NCBI GenBank assembly: GCA_963815455.1
Contig: CAWFGO010000003.1
Location: 128,001 to 192,000, forward strand
From: an uncultured Verrucomicrobiae bacterium
GTDB taxonomy: Bacteria > Verrucomicrobiota > Verrucomicrobiia > Chthoniobacterales > UBA10450
DNA length: 64,000 nucleotides
Reading direction: 5' to 3'
The position numbers and the translations under genes are program-made. The notes beneath the pieces were generated by a model. That model was given only the letters and a program-made list of their open reading frames with translations. It did not search any database and had not been told where the DNA came from. Of the stretch, positions 39,405-54,305 are shown piece after piece. How positions within the stretch are numbered: the stretch's first letter is position 1; each line of letters begins with the position of its first letter.

Positions 39405-40124
39405 ATGTCGCGATTGATTGTTCGAGGGCTTGGTCTGTGCCTGGGCGTTTTAGTTGCAAGCTGCACGACTGTCTCGACGACGAGAGATACCAGCAGGACT
39501 TTTAGCACCGTCGTAGTGGATGCCGGGCACGGCGGAAAAGATAATGGCGCCTATCGGCGGTTCGGCGGAGCGGAGAAGGTCGCCACCCTTGATGTCGCAA
39601 AACGCCTCGAGCGCAAACTGCGCGAGTCCCAATTAAGGACGGTGATGACGCGGACTTCAGATGCTTTCATTCCACTCGATCAACGGGTCGCGATCGAGAA
39701 CGCACAGAAGAATTCCATTTTTGTAAGCATCCATTTCAACGATTCGCGCAAACGAGCCATTAATGGGTTCGAAACATATTACCACTCCGCGGATTCTGCT
39801 GGGCTTGCCCATCGGATTCAATCCAAGCTAATGACCATCCCGCGATCCACGAACCGGGGTGTGCGCAGCGCCAACTTCCGGGTTCTTCGCCAGGCGGCAT
39901 ATCCAGCGGTTTTGGTCGAGTGCGGGTTCCTGAGCAATCGGAAGGACGGCAAACAGGCGCGCGATTCCGAATATCGAGAAATGCTGGCCGACCGAATTGC
40001 CGAGGCGATTGTCGAACATCGTTACGGGCCCGGCCAATATCGCGCACCCGCGCAGGCCACGGCCCAAGTCCGGGAACGGGGCCAAGACCCGGGCCAGGTC
40101 CCGTCCGTTCTCCGCCACTATTAG
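39405..40124 (+). CDS. N-acetylmuramoyl-L-alanine amidase (Amidase_3), probable lipoprotein
   Basis: VDAGHGGKD, EK, FVSIHFN, VLVECGFLSN; lipobox-like VASC. Confidence 0.92.
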   Translation: MSRLIVRGLGLCLGVLVASCTTVSTTRDTSRTFSTVVVDAGHGGKDNGAYRRFGGAEKVATLDVAKRLERKLRESQLRTVMTRTSDAFIPLDQRVAIENAQKNSIFVSIHFNDSRKRAINGFETYYHSADSAGLAHRIQSKLMTIPRSTNRGVRSANFRVLRQAAYPAVLVECGFLSNRKDGKQARDSEYREMLADRIAEAIVEHRYGPGQYRAPAQATAQVRERGQDPGQVPSVLRHY

Positions 40125-41353
40125 AACTCCTTTCCCCGCTCTTCACGCCCAAGGGTCGTGATAAGGATGAGGGCGACGAAGACGACCAGCAGGAAAACCG
40201 CCAGCGTTGTCGCGTAATTGGGCGCGCCGTGCGCATCCCGGAATTTCTCGGCAATGTATGCCTGCACCATCGCGGCGTTAGCCGAGAAGAAACTGCCGAG
40301 TTGGTAGGATAAACCGGCAAATGTCCCGCGGCATTCTGCTGGGGCCAGTTCGTTTAAATGGACCGGCACCACGCCCCATGCGCCTTGCACCATGAATTGC
40401 ATGAGAAATCCGCCTGTAACCAGGAGCGGTATGGTCGGTGAATAAACCCAGAGCGGGATCAATAGAATACCAAGCGTCGCCGCAGTGATAATCGTTCGGC
40501 GGCGGCCAAGCCCTTGCGAGAGTGCGCCAAACCATGCGCCCCCGCAGATGGCACCCAGATTATAAATGATGGCCACAATTGCCTTTTGATCGACGTCGAG
40601 ACCGCGCTGCTTTTCCAGAAACGTCGGGTAAATATCCTGGGTCCCGTGCGACATATACATGAAAGCCGTCATCAGCAGGGTTGCGTACAGAAACGAAGCC
40701 CAATGTTGGCGCAGCGCGCGCAGGACACCGAACGGGCTCTCGACAATCCGCGCCTTGTCCCGTTGCCACACCGGCGATTCGGGCACGTGCGTGCGTATGT
40801 AAATCACAAGGAGCGCCGGCAAAGCGCCCGCCACAAACATCCCTCTCCAGCCAAACGTTGGAAAAACCAGCCAGTACACAACGGCCGCGAGCAAATAACC
40901 GACGGCGTACCCCTGCTGCAGGATCCCCGAGAATAACCCCCGTGCCTTCGTCGGTAGCGTCTCCATCGCCAGCGATGCCCCCAATCCCCATTCACCGCCC
41001 ATTCCAATGCCGAAAAGCGCCCGCAAGATCAGAAAGACGGTGTAATTGGGAGCAAACGCGGTCAGCAATTCCATCACCGAATAAAAGACGATGTCGATGA
41101 TGAGCGGCATCCGTCGGCCGAACCGATCGCCCAGCCAGCCGAAAAGCAGCGCACCTACGGGTCGCATCATCAGGGTCAGCGTGAGGGCGAATGCGATCTG
41201 AGGGACGCCGCAGTTGAACTCATGCCCCACTGCCGGCATCACGAAGGTGAGCAGAAAAAAATCGAGCGCATCCAGGGCCCAACCCAGGAAACAGGCGATG
41301 AAAGTGTTGCGTTGATCGCGGTTAAGCGATTTCAAAAGCCGGATCGCCTCCAT
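40121..41353 (-). CDS. MFS transporter, SHS (NanT/JEN1-like carboxylate) family
   Basis: GWALDALDFF, GDRFGRR, GIGMGGEWG, SHGTQDIYPT. Confidence 0.88.
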   Translation of the reverse strand: MEAIRLLKSLNRDQRNTFIACFLGWALDALDFFLLTFVMPAVGHEFNCGVPQIAFALTLTLMMRPVGALLFGWLGDRFGRRMPLIIDIVFYSVMELLTAFAPNYTVFLILRALFGIGMGGEWGLGASLAMETLPTKARGLFSGILQQGYAVGYLLAAVVYWLVFPTFGWRGMFVAGALPALLVIYIRTHVPESPVWQRDKARIVESPFGVLRALRQHWASFLYATLLMTAFMYMSHGTQDIYPTFLEKQRGLDVDQKAIVAIIYNLGAICGGAWFGALSQGLGRRRTIITAATLGILLIPLWVYSPTIPLLVTGGFLMQFMVQGAWGVVPVHLNELAPAECRGTFAGLSYQLGSFFSANAAMVQAYIAEKFRDAHGAPNYATTLAVFLLVVFVALILITTLGREERGKEF

Positions 41354-41366
41354 AAATGAAACTAAA

Positions 41367-41502
41367 AATTCGAATATCGAAATTCGAAACATTTTTCAAA
41401 ACCCAAATGAAGAACCAATTCGCCGAGCGCAGCTTTGCCTTTCGGCTATTGCAATTTCGGATTTCGGACTTGTTTCGTCATTCGACATTCGTGCTTCGAC
41501 AT
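41367..41502. repeat. Heptamer-periodic imperfect inverted repeat
   Basis: ATTCGAATATCGAAATTCGAAAC ... ATTTCGGATTTCGGACTTGTTTCGTCATTCGACATTCGTGCTTCG; related to 49426-49540. Confidence 0.65.
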
Positions 41503-41581
41503 TAGGCTATCTTAGACTTTGCCCGGCGGACGACACGATTCTGAGCAGGAGCATGATCGCGAGGGGGAACATAACACATCT

Positions 41582-41597
41582 ACGCATCATGATGCGT
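41582..41597. promoter_or_regulatory. Perfect 16-bp palindrome upstream of metH (candidate operator)
   Basis: ACGCATCATGATGCGT, 50 nt before the metH ATG. Confidence 0.4.
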
Positions 41598-41647
41598 CAA
41601 TTTGTTCCTTGATCGCGGGCAGAAATGCGGTTTAGTCCCCAGCTATC

Positions 41648-46155
<4,508 letters not shown>

Positions 46156-46159
<4 letters not shown>

Positions 46160-47043
46160 ACGACGGTCTCGGGTTGCCCGCTGACCATGACTGGAGTGAC
46201 GACATCGGGCAGCGATGCCGCCAGACTTTCCGGCTCCTCGGCCGGCCAAACGACCTGCCAGGCGAGTCCGAATTTTTCCAGCGTCCAGATGATGTAGCGG
46301 GTGAGATCGAATTCCCACCAGCGCAATCCGTGGGCGGCGCATCGGGGCTGGGCGTGATGATTGTTGTGATAGCCTTCGCCGAATCCGAGCACCCCGATCA
46401 AAAAGTTGTTTCGGCTTTGGTCGGTAGTATCAAAGCTGCGATAGCCAAAGCGCGGCATATGGCAGATGGAATTAACCGCCCAGGTGACATTGTACATCAC
46501 GAGCATCGGCACGTAGAGGCACCACAGCATTCCCGCGAAACCGAGGGTAAAGAAAAGCACAGACGCAACCGCCAGATGAGGCAACACGTAAAGCCCCGAG
46601 TTTTCCATTAGTCGGCAATACCAGATTTTCCGAACGTCGGCGGCATAACGCTTGGAACGTTCGCGGAAGTCGGCCGGTTTCCGGACCAGCCACATCATGT
46701 GGGCATAAGGAAAACCGTGCAACGGGCTGTGAATGTCTTCGTCGGTATCGGATTTCAAATGATGATAACGGTGATCTCCTACCCACATGACCGGATCGCC
46801 CGACAGCATTACCGCTGAGCCGGTGGCAAGCAGGAATTTGAGCCATTCCGGCATCTCAAATCCCCGATGGGTGAGATAGCGATGGAGATAGAGCGAAGTG
46901 CCAAGGCCGCCGATAAAGAACACCGGCAACATGATCGACAGGTAAAACGGCTGAAAGCGGTACAGAAGCCCGATCACGCCCAGGACCTGAAGAGCAATTA
47001 GGATGATGAAAACAAAGAGCTGAATTTTTTCGTGCTTAAACAT
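46156..47043 (-). CDS. Membrane fatty acid desaturase (delta-9 type)
   Basis: His boxes HRYLTH, HRYHH, HNNHH. Confidence 0.92.
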
Positions 47044-47216
47044 ACGAGGAGACGGGAGAAGAGAGGAAAGGAAGCAGCCTACGGGGCGACGGGTTGAATT
47101 CTGACGCAATATTAATCGGCTTGCAACACGCCATAATTGCTAACAGGTGCGATTGTGCACGCGCTAACTTTCGGATGCAGGATGAATTGCGGTGCGTGAT
47201 ATGGATCAGTCGCTGA

Positions 47217-47291
<75 letters not shown>

Positions 47292-47377
47292 GATTGTTCG
47301 CCTGGCGACTCGAAGGGACCATCCCGCCTGCTCGTGATCACTATGAAAATGACAAAACATCGAGTGCGATTACGATC

Positions 47378-47923
47378 ATGGGCATGATTGCCTTACGGCT
47401 GCCGTTGGGAATGAGCTGCCTGATTATTTCATTGCTCCCCGGCGCGATTTCGATCTTGCACGGGCAAGATGCAGCACCGCCGACCGTCGATCTGGGGCCG
47501 CGGCCACTGGAAGAGTCGACGCCCAGTGCTCAGCCGTCGGTTTCACCCAATCTTCCGGAAGTGTCAAAGTTGGACGAAGCTTTCAACCAAACGTCATTGG
47601 GCAAGGAAGCCGATGATCGCCGGCTGCATCTTGAGTGGCGACGTTTGGCTAACCAGGCGGTGAATGATCCGGCGGTCATCGCGGCCAAGGCGGTCATCGA
47701 AAAAGCCGATACGGATCTCGAGAAACGCCAGCGCCTCCGGGCCTACTACGATATTTATTACGGACGGATGCGGGCGATGGCAGCAACGGCTGAAATGAAG
47801 GCCGCCCTCGATTCGTTCAGGGAGGCGCATCAAAGTCAGACCAACCAGCCGCGGGTGAGGCCGGCGAGCGATGGCGCCCTGCCTACGCCCACTCCGGCGC
47901 GCAAGGCGCACAAGAAAAAATAA
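47378..47923 (+). CDS. Secreted helical hypothetical protein
   Basis: Hydrophobic leader, helical core, PTPTP tail; lies between two tRNAs. Confidence 0.65.
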   Translation: MGMIALRLPLGMSCLIISLLPGAISILHGQDAAPPTVDLGPRPLEESTPSAQPSVSPNLPEVSKLDEAFNQTSLGKEADDRRLHLEWRRLANQAVNDPAVIAAKAVIEKADTDLEKRQRLRAYYDIYYGRMRAMAATAEMKAALDSFREAHQSQTNQPRVRPASDGALPTPTPARKAHKKK

Positions 47924-47982
47924 GTTCACCTCGCGCGCGGCTTGCCGGTTCACCTTGCGCGGTTATCCTAAACGCCTTCGAT

Positions 47983-48057
47983 GGCGCGTTCGTCTAGTGG
48001 TTAGGACACAGCCCTCTCAAGGCTGGTGCACGGGTTCGACTCCCGTACGCGCTGCCA
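47983..48057 (+). tRNA. tRNA-Glu(CTC)
   Basis: GGCGCGT...CAGCC-CTCTCAA-GGCTG...GGTTCGACTCC...ACGCGCTGCCA. Confidence 0.96.
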
Positions 48058-48110
48058 TTAATTTACTTAAGAGTTGCGGCCGACCCAGCCGCCTCTACAC
48101 TGTCGATCTT

Positions 48111-49421
48111 ATGCCATACAAAAATATCACGCCGCCTGCCGGCGAAAAAATTTCCAGGACCGAAAAGCTCAACGTCCCAGATAAACCGATCATTCCATTT
48201 ATTCGAGGCGATGGCACCGGGCCGGATATTTGGGCGGCCAGTGTGCGCGTTCTGGATGCGGCCGTCGAAAAAGCATACGGCGGGAAAAAGAAGATCGCCT
48301 GGTTCGAAGTCTTCGCCGGCCAGGCGGCCAAGGACAAGTTCGATACCTGGTTGCCCGACGATACCGTCGAAGCGTTTCGCGAATATCTTGTCGGCATCAA
48401 AGGTCCGCTGACCACACCGGTAGGCGGCGGAATTAGCTCGCTCAATGTCGCGCTACGTCAGCTGCTCGATCTTTTCGTTTGTCTCCGGCCGGTCCAGTAC
48501 TTCAAAGGCGTCCCCTCACCCGTGAAACATCCGGAGAAGGTGAACATGGTCATCTTCCGCGAAAACACGGAAGACATTTACGCCGGCATCGAATGGGCCG
48601 CCGGCACGCCGGAGTCGAAGAAAATTCTCGATTTTCTCGCCAAAGAATTTCCAAAAGCATTCGAGAAAATTCGTTTCGGCACGAAAGAAAAAGCGGCCGA
48701 GTTCTGGAAACGAGTCGGCGCGCCGGAAAAGGACGACGTCATGGTCGGGATCGGCATCAAACCGGTGAGCCGGTCCGGCAGCGTCCGGTTGATCCACAGT
48801 GCGATCTCTTATGCGATTCTGAATCAGCGCAAGAGCGTCACGTTCGTGCACAAAGGGAACATCATGAAGTTTACTGAGGGCGCGTTTCGCGATTGGGGTT
48901 ACGACGTTGCCAAGAATTATTTCGGCGCGGAAGAAATCGACGGCGGCCCGTGGTGCAAAATTCCCATGGGCAAACCCGGCGCCGGCATTGTGATCAAGGA
49001 CGCGATCGCCGACATCACGCTCCAGCAGGTGCTGACCCGCCCGGAAGATTTCGACGTGATCGCGACATTGAATCTGAACGGCGATTACTTGAGCGATGCC
49101 TTGGCCGCTCAAGTGGGCGGGATCGGAATCGCGCCCGGCGGCAACATCAATTACATCACCGGTCACGCCATTTTCGAAGCAACCCACGGTACCGCGCCGA
49201 AATATGCGAACCAGGACAAGGTGAATCCCGGCTCGGTAATTTTGTCCGGCGAAATGATGTTCCGTTACATGAACTGGACCGAAGCCGCCGATTTGATCCT
49301 GAAAGGATTGAACGGCGCGATTGCCAGCAAACGCGTCACCTACGATTTCGCGCGCCAAATGGAAGGCGCGACTGAAATCAAATGTAGCGAGTTTGGAACT
49401 AATGTGATCGACCACATGTAA
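48111..49421 (+). CDS. icd: NADP-dependent isocitrate dehydrogenase
   Basis: [38 protein letters not shown]. Confidence 0.96.
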   Translation: MPYKNITPPAGEKISRTEKLNVPDKPIIPFIRGDGTGPDIWAASVRVLDAAVEKAYGGKKKIAWFEVFAGQAAKDKFDTWLPDDTVEAFREYLVGIKGPLTTPVGGGISSLNVALRQLLDLFVCLRPVQYFKGVPSPVKHPEKVNMVIFRENTEDIYAGIEWAAGTPESKKILDFLAKEFPKAFEKIRFGTKEKAAEFWKRVGAPEKDDVMVGIGIKPVSRSGSVRLIHSAISYAILNQRKSVTFVHKGNIMKFTEGAFRDWGYDVAKNYFGAEEIDGGPWCKIPMGKPGAGIVIKDAIADITLQQVLTRPEDFDVIATLNLNGDYLSDALAAQVGGIGIAPGGNINYITGHAIFEATHGTAPKYANQDKVNPGSVILSGEMMFRYMNWTEAADLILKGLNGAIASKRVTYDFARQMEGATEIKCSEFGTNVIDHM

Positions 49422-49425
49422 TATT

Positions 49426-51870
49426 ATGAATGACGAAATCCGAAGCACGAAGCTCGAAGGAATGACGAATGATCGAATGACTAAACAAAGCCGATCTTGG
49501 GCTTCGCGGTTCGGGCTTAGTCATTCCTTCGTCATTTTTCTCCTTCTCGCCGCGGCACTAAACAGCGCGTCCGCCCAGAAACGCAGCATCACCGAAAAGG
49601 ATCTTTGGGACTTTGTCTGGATCGGTGATGCGCAGGTTTCGCCCGATGGATCGCGCGTGGCGTTTGTGCGGGTGACCGTGAATGAAAAGAAGGAGGGGTA
49701 TAACACGTCGATCTGGTCGGTTCCGACCAATGGCGCCGAGGAGCCGCACCAGTTGACCAAGGGCGACCATGATGGCTCTCCCCGCTGGTCGCCCGATGGA
49801 AAATTCCTGGTTTTTGTGCGGGCGACGGAAAAGGACGGCAAACCCGAGCCGCCGCAGTTGTCGATCCTGCCCATGACCGGAGGCGATTCGTTTTCGTTTA
49901 CCGATCTGCCGAAAGGCGCGGCGAACCCGGTCTGGTCGCCGGATGGGAAAATGATTGCGTTTCTCAGCGGGACTAATGCGAAAGACCTGGCCAAACAGGA
50001 AAAGAAAAAGAAGAAAGAGGAGGAGCTCAAAAAGGCGGTGAGTGAGAGTTCACCCGACAGTTCGCCTGAGGCCTCGAAGAAACCGGCTGAAAAAAGCGGC
50101 GCCGCGAAACAGGATGCCAAGGAAGCAGTCAAGAAAGCGGAAGCCGAATCGGAGCACGATAGCGATGTGCATGTGGTGACCCACGCAGTCTATCGTGAGG
50201 ATGACGAAGGTTATCTCGATCCGGAACATCCGTCGCACATCTGGGTAATCCAGGCGCCGCGGAGCGCCGAGGAAAAAGTGAAACCCCAGCAGCTCACGTT
50301 CGGCCGCTTCGACGAGGGCAGCATCGTTTGGGCGAAAGGCGAAATTTATTTCCTCTCGCTGCACGTGGACGAGCCGTACTACGACAATCCAAAGAGCGAG
50401 CTGTATTCGATCAACCCGACCGGCGGGACCCCAGCGAAGCTCAACACCATCGACATGGATGTTGGCGGCCTGTCGCTCAGCCCTGACCGAAAACAATTCG
50501 CGTTTCTGGCGTCGGTAACGCAGCCGGTAAACTCTTACACGCAGCCCGATCTCTGGGTTGTCGATGTTACGCCAAACGCGAAACCGCGAAATCTGACGGC
50601 AACATTCGATTTCGATGTCGGTGGCGGCCCATTTGGCGACAACGCAGCTCCGCGCGGTGGCGGCCGAAACATCCCGATCTGGACGCCGGACGGACGCAGC
50701 TTAATCGAGGTTTACGGCAAAGGAGGAAAAGCGATCCTGGCGCAGTTCGATGTAAGCAGCGGCGCGGCCACCGACCTGACGAATGGTAATCAGGCGGTGG
50801 TGCGTTTTCGAGCAAGTGGCACGGGCATCCTGCCCATGAATACAGCAGATCACCGGCAGGATGCCGATGCCACGATGAAAATCGTTTACACAGTCTCCAC
50901 GCCAACCCGGATCAACGACCTGTTCGTTCTGGATCGCGCGAATGCAAACGCGCAGCCGGTGCAATTAACAAAAGTGAACGAGGAACTTTTTTCGAAATTA
51001 AATCTGACCGAGCCGGAGGAGATCTCGTACAAAACATTCGACGGAAAAACGATCCAGGCATGGGTCCAGAAACCGGCGGACTTCAGCCCGGCGAAAAAAT
51101 ATCCACTGATTCTCAATATTCACGGCGGACCGCACGCGGCTTACGGTTACATTTTCGAGCACGAATTCCAATGGATGGCGGCGAAGGGATACGTGGTGCT
51201 TTATCCGAACCCGCGCGGCAGTACGACCTACGGCCAGGATTTTGGGAACGTGATCCAGTACCATTACCCAGGCGATGACTTCAAAGATTTGATGGCCGGC
51301 GTGGATGAAGTGATCAAGCGCGGTTACATCGACAGCAAGAAACTCGGAGTGACTGGCGGCAGCGGCGGCGGTCTGCTCACGGACTGGGTCGTCGGGCACA
51401 CCGACCGTTTTGCCGCCGCCGTGGCGCAACGCGACATCGCCAGTTGGGCCCATTGGTGGTACACGGCCGATTTCACTTTGTTTCAACCGAACTGGTTCAA
51501 AGCGCCTCCATTTGAGGACGAAGCGGATTTCAAAGCGCGTTCGCCCATTACCTACATCAAGAACGTGAAGACGCCGATGATGTTTGTTCTCGGCGAAGCG
51601 GACACCCGGACGCCCCCAGGCGCGGGCGGTGAAGAAATGTTTCGCGCGCTCAAGTTTCGTAGAATTCCCACGGTAATGGTGCGTTTCCCCGGCGAATCGC
51701 ACGAGCTATCGCGCTCGGGTCAGCCGTGGCATCGTGTCGAACGATTGCAACACATCGTAGGCTGGTTCGATCATTGGTTGCTTGGGCAGTTGCCAAACCC
51801 GAATACGAAATCGCGCCGAAAGGAAGAAGTGCCGATGAAACCCAAAGACAAGCCTGCCGCACCGAAATAG
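49426..51870 (+). CDS. S9 family (acylaminoacyl/dipeptidyl) serine peptidase, secreted
   Basis: WSPDG propeller repeats, IHGGPH, GGSGGG nucleophile elbow, D.RTP, ESHEL. Confidence 0.92.
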   Translation: MNDEIRSTKLEGMTNDRMTKQSRSWASRFGLSHSFVIFLLLAAALNSASAQKRSITEKDLWDFVWIGDAQVSPDGSRVAFVRVTVNEKKEGYNTSIWSVPTNGAEEPHQLTKGDHDGSPRWSPDGKFLVFVRATEKDGKPEPPQLSILPMTGGDSFSFTDLPKGAANPVWSPDGKMIAFLSGTNAKDLAKQEKKKKKEEELKKAVSESSPDSSPEASKKPAEKSGAAKQDAKEAVKKAEAESEHDSDVHVVTHAVYREDDEGYLDPEHPSHIWVIQAPRSAEEKVKPQQLTFGRFDEGSIVWAKGEIYFLSLHVDEPYYDNPKSELYSINPTGGTPAKLNTIDMDVGGLSLSPDRKQFAFLASVTQPVNSYTQPDLWVVDVTPNAKPRNLTATFDFDVGGGPFGDNAAPRGGGRNIPIWTPDGRSLIEVYGKGGKAILAQFDVSSGAATDLTNGNQAVVRFRASGTGILPMNTADHRQDADATMKIVYTVSTPTRINDLFVLDRANANAQPVQLTKVNEELFSKLNLTEPEEISYKTFDGKTIQAWVQKPADFSPAKKYPLILNIHGGPHAAYGYIFEHEFQWMAAKGYVVLYPNPRGSTTYGQDFGNVIQYHYPGDDFKDLMAGVDEVIKRGYIDSKKLGVTGGSGGGLLTDWVVGHTDRFAAAVAQRDIASWAHWWYTADFTLFQPNWFKAPPFEDEADFKARSPITYIKNVKTPMMFVLGEADTRTPPGAGGEEMFRALKFRRIPTVMVRFPGESHELSRSGQPWHRVERLQHIVGWFDHWLLGQLPNPNTKSRRKEEVPMKPKDKPAAPK

Positions 51871-51948
51871 TCTTTGGATGGACGTGCTCCAGTCATCCCC
51901 CACATTTGGTTGGACGACGCGGGTAGCGTCTATTCATTATCAGGTGTA

Positions 51949-53556
51949 ATGGCTTCCTCCTCTCTCTGGCAGCGGTTTCAGAAATACTTTCTGCGTTACG
52001 CCGATCTCGATTTTTCGATCGATATCAGCCGGATGAAATTTCCGGATGATTTCTTCGAGAAGATGCGGCCGAAGATCGACAAGGCGTTTACGGCGATGCG
52101 CGAGTTGGAGGCGGGAGCGATTGCCAATCCCGACGAACAACGCATGGTCGGTCACTACTGGTTGCGTAATCCGAAGCTGGCGCCGACGAAGGAACTTCGC
52201 GCCGATATTGAGGAGACCAATTCCCGGATCAAAGAATTCGCGGCCAACGTGCACAGCGGAAAAATCCCCACTGAGAATGGAAAGAAATTCGAGCACATCC
52301 TCTTGATCGGCATCGGCGGATCCGCGCTTGGGCCGCAATTCATCGCCGAAGCGCTCGGCGCCGCGCACGATCCGATGAAGATTCATTTCCTCGATAACAC
52401 CGATCCTGACGGTTTCGATCGCGTATTCGATAGGATCGACCCGCCTTCGCAACGCTCCGGCGCGGCAGGCAATTTCCTTCCCCAGACGCTAGTCGTCGTG
52501 ATTTCGAAGTCGGGCGGCACCAAGGAAACTCGGAACGGGATGCTCGAAGCGGAAGCGAAGTTCAAGGCGCGTGGTCTTCAGTTTGGAAAACACACGGTCG
52601 CAGTGACCGGCGTCGGGAGCGACCTCGACAAGCACGCGCAGAAGAACGGGTGGATTTCTCGGTTTCCAATGCACGACTGGGTCGGCGGGCGCACCTCCGT
52701 CATGAGCGCAGTCGGGCTTCTGCCAATGGCGCTGGAGGGTTTTAATATCGACAATTTCCTGGCCGGCGCGGCGGCGATGGACGAGCGAACGCGGACAAAT
52801 AATGTCATGGAAAACGCGGCGATGCTTCTGGCGCTGATGTGGTTTTACGCTGGCAACGGCCGCGGCGAAAAGGACATGGTGATCCTTCCCTACAAGGATC
52901 GGCTGGCACTGTTCAGCAAATACTTGCAACAACTGGTGATGGAATCGTTGGGCAAAGAAAAGGATCTCGATGGCAAGACGGTGCATCAAGGCATAGCCGT
53001 TTACGGAAACAAGGGCTCGACCGATCAACACGCTTACGTCCAGCAGTTGCGCGACGGGATTCTGAATTTTTTCGTCACTTTCATCGAAGTCGGCAAGGAT
53101 CGGCATCAGCCAACCTTTGAGGTCGAGCCTGGCGTAACCAGCGGCGATTATCTCCACGGTTTTTTGCGGGGAACGCGCAGCGCGCTTTACGAGAACGGGC
53201 GCGAATCGATCACCGTCGGGATCCCGGAAGTAAATGCGTTCAACGTGGGCGCGTTGATCGCTCTTTACGAACGCGCGGTTGGTTTCTATGGCTCGCTCGT
53301 GAACATTAACGCTTATCATCAGCCGGGGGTTGAGGCGGGCAAAAAGGCCGCCACCAGATTATTGCAGCTGCAAAATCAAGTACGCGAAAAACTGGCCGGG
53401 GGCGATGGCCAGACGGCCGAAGAAATTGGCCGGTCGCTCGATGCCGACCCGGAAGACGTGTTTCATGTGCTGCAACACCTGGCGAGCAACGATCCACGAG
53501 TGCGGGTGGCGGCGGGCGATGGACCGGGTGACGACAAGTTCTCCTTTTCGAAATAG
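51949..53556 (+). CDS. pgi: Glucose-6-phosphate isomerase
   Basis: [40 protein letters not shown]. Confidence 0.95.
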   Translation: MASSSLWQRFQKYFLRYADLDFSIDISRMKFPDDFFEKMRPKIDKAFTAMRELEAGAIANPDEQRMVGHYWLRNPKLAPTKELRADIEETNSRIKEFAANVHSGKIPTENGKKFEHILLIGIGGSALGPQFIAEALGAAHDPMKIHFLDNTDPDGFDRVFDRIDPPSQRSGAAGNFLPQTLVVVISKSGGTKETRNGMLEAEAKFKARGLQFGKHTVAVTGVGSDLDKHAQKNGWISRFPMHDWVGGRTSVMSAVGLLPMALEGFNIDNFLAGAAAMDERTRTNNVMENAAMLLALMWFYAGNGRGEKDMVILPYKDRLALFSKYLQQLVMESLGKEKDLDGKTVHQGIAVYGNKGSTDQHAYVQQLRDGILNFFVTFIEVGKDRHQPTFEVEPGVTSGDYLHGFLRGTRSALYENGRESITVGIPEVNAFNVGALIALYERAVGFYGSLVNINAYHQPGVEAGKKAATRLLQLQNQVREKLAGGDGQTAEEIGRSLDADPEDVFHVLQHLASNDPRVRVAAGDGPGDDKFSFSK

Positions 53557-53574
53557 CGGTTAGCCGCCGATATC

Positions 53575-54273
53575 ATGGGCGCTGGAACTCCCGAGGCCGA
53601 AAACGATGACATCCCGTGGAGCAACGTAGTCCATTTTGTCCGGCAATTGAGCCACGATCTTCGAAATCATCTTAACGCCGTCGAACTGCAATCGGCTTAC
53701 ATCAGCGAAGTCGCGACCGATGCGGAATTGAAAGCCGAAATCAAACGGCTCCGGGAAATGATTTCCGATCTGGCAAAGGTCCTGCAAAAACTGAGCGCCG
53801 ATCTGGGCCAGAACAAGCCCGACAGGATGACATATCGCGCGGCCGATTTTATTGAAGATCTGCGCAAAAGAATCGGGCGGGATTTCGAGAAGGAAAGTTC
53901 GGGGATCAAATGGGACGCCCAACTCGGGGATGCCGTGTTCGATGTCGATCCTCAGTTGTTGCAGCAGGCGTTTCTGGAGCTATTTGGCAATGCTTTTCAA
54001 CACGATCGCGGCCCGGGCGAGATTGTCGCGACGGTCAGGGTCGACAACGATCGATTTGTTTTCACGCTTCGTGAGCCGAAGACGAAGTTCGATTTATCCA
54101 CTGAAAACTGGGGACGCGAACCGCTCCGTCGAGTCGCCCGGGGACATTATGGTCTTGGACTAAGCCGGGCCGGCAGTATTGTGGGGGCCCACGATGGAGA
54201 GTTACGCGCCCGCTACGATTCAACAGATTCGACACTGGCCACGACGATTACGGTGCCTCTGTCTCGAAAATAA
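53575..54273 (+). CDS. Sensor-less histidine kinase-like protein
   Basis: H-box LSHDLRNHL, N-box ELFGNAFQH, GLGLS; no DxGxG. Confidence 0.75.
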   Translation: MGAGTPEAENDDIPWSNVVHFVRQLSHDLRNHLNAVELQSAYISEVATDAELKAEIKRLREMISDLAKVLQKLSADLGQNKPDRMTYRAADFIEDLRKRIGRDFEKESSGIKWDAQLGDAVFDVDPQLLQQAFLELFGNAFQHDRGPGEIVATVRVDNDRFVFTLREPKTKFDLSTENWGREPLRRVARGHYGLGLSRAGSIVGAHDGELRARYDSTDSTLATTITVPLSRK

Positions 54274-54305
54274 TCGGGAAGCTGCCATCTTCCCCTACAG
54301 TCAAC

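Noticed and set aside
47871..48110. N-terminal extensions of icd and of ORF 47192
   Set aside because: They run through tRNA genes; real starts are 48111 and about 47378.
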